A DNA stretch of 64,000 nt from positions 618,654,889 to 618,718,888 of the forward strand of contig NC_133618.1 in NCBI RefSeq assembly GCF_048593235.1, written 5' to 3'. Below, one piece after another: positions 63,906 through 64,000 of the stretch. A model generated the notes under the pieces. That model was given only the letters and a program-made list of their open reading frames with translations, had not been told where the DNA came from and ran no database searches. The translations under genes and the position numbers were made by a program. Positions within the stretch are counted from its first letter, which is position 1, and every line of letters starts with the position of its first letter. Source of the stretch: Sminthopsis crassicaudata (Eukaryota).

Positions 63906-64000
63906 AGTTGTTTTTTTTTTAATTTTTAGATGACCCAAAATGGGGAGGGATAGATTAAATGATATAGTTCAAATCTAAGAAATATCTTATTGATGAACAC

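Noticed and set aside
1-64000. Most ORFs in the supplied track as genes
   Set aside because: They are 60-125 aa, often low complexity, inside repeats or antisense to them, with no recognisable domains. Only the L1 frames have identifiable products.

Overview
AT-rich, CpG-poor mammalian non-coding DNA (intronic or intergenic) that is mostly transposable-element debris. The repeat content points to a marsupial, probably a dasyurid such as the Tasmanian devil or a relative; this is inference from WSINE1-type SINEs, marsupial L1 3' ends and an OC1-type MITE. I recognise no host protein-coding gene, RNA gene, CpG island or CRISPR array. The only ORFs with recognisable products are L1 ORF1/ORF2 remnants. 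The best-supported features are insertions whose target-site duplications (TSDs) I could read: three young L1 3' fragments, two older L1 3' fragments, two WSINE1 copies, three solo LTRs with perfect 6-bp TSDs and hAT MITEs. There are also old L1, L2, CR1/L3 and MIR fragments, microsatellites and three assembly gaps. The most interesting items are an OC1-like MITE (a horizontally transferred family) nested in an LTR nested in a MIR, a 7x19-bp minisatellite grown inside one of two sister LTRs, a SINE+L1 double insertion at one site, an inverted pair of young L1s, and several unverified candidate exons. I found no evidence of a wholly new biological system. Repeat family names are from recalled consensus features and need RepeatMasker/Dfam confirmation.
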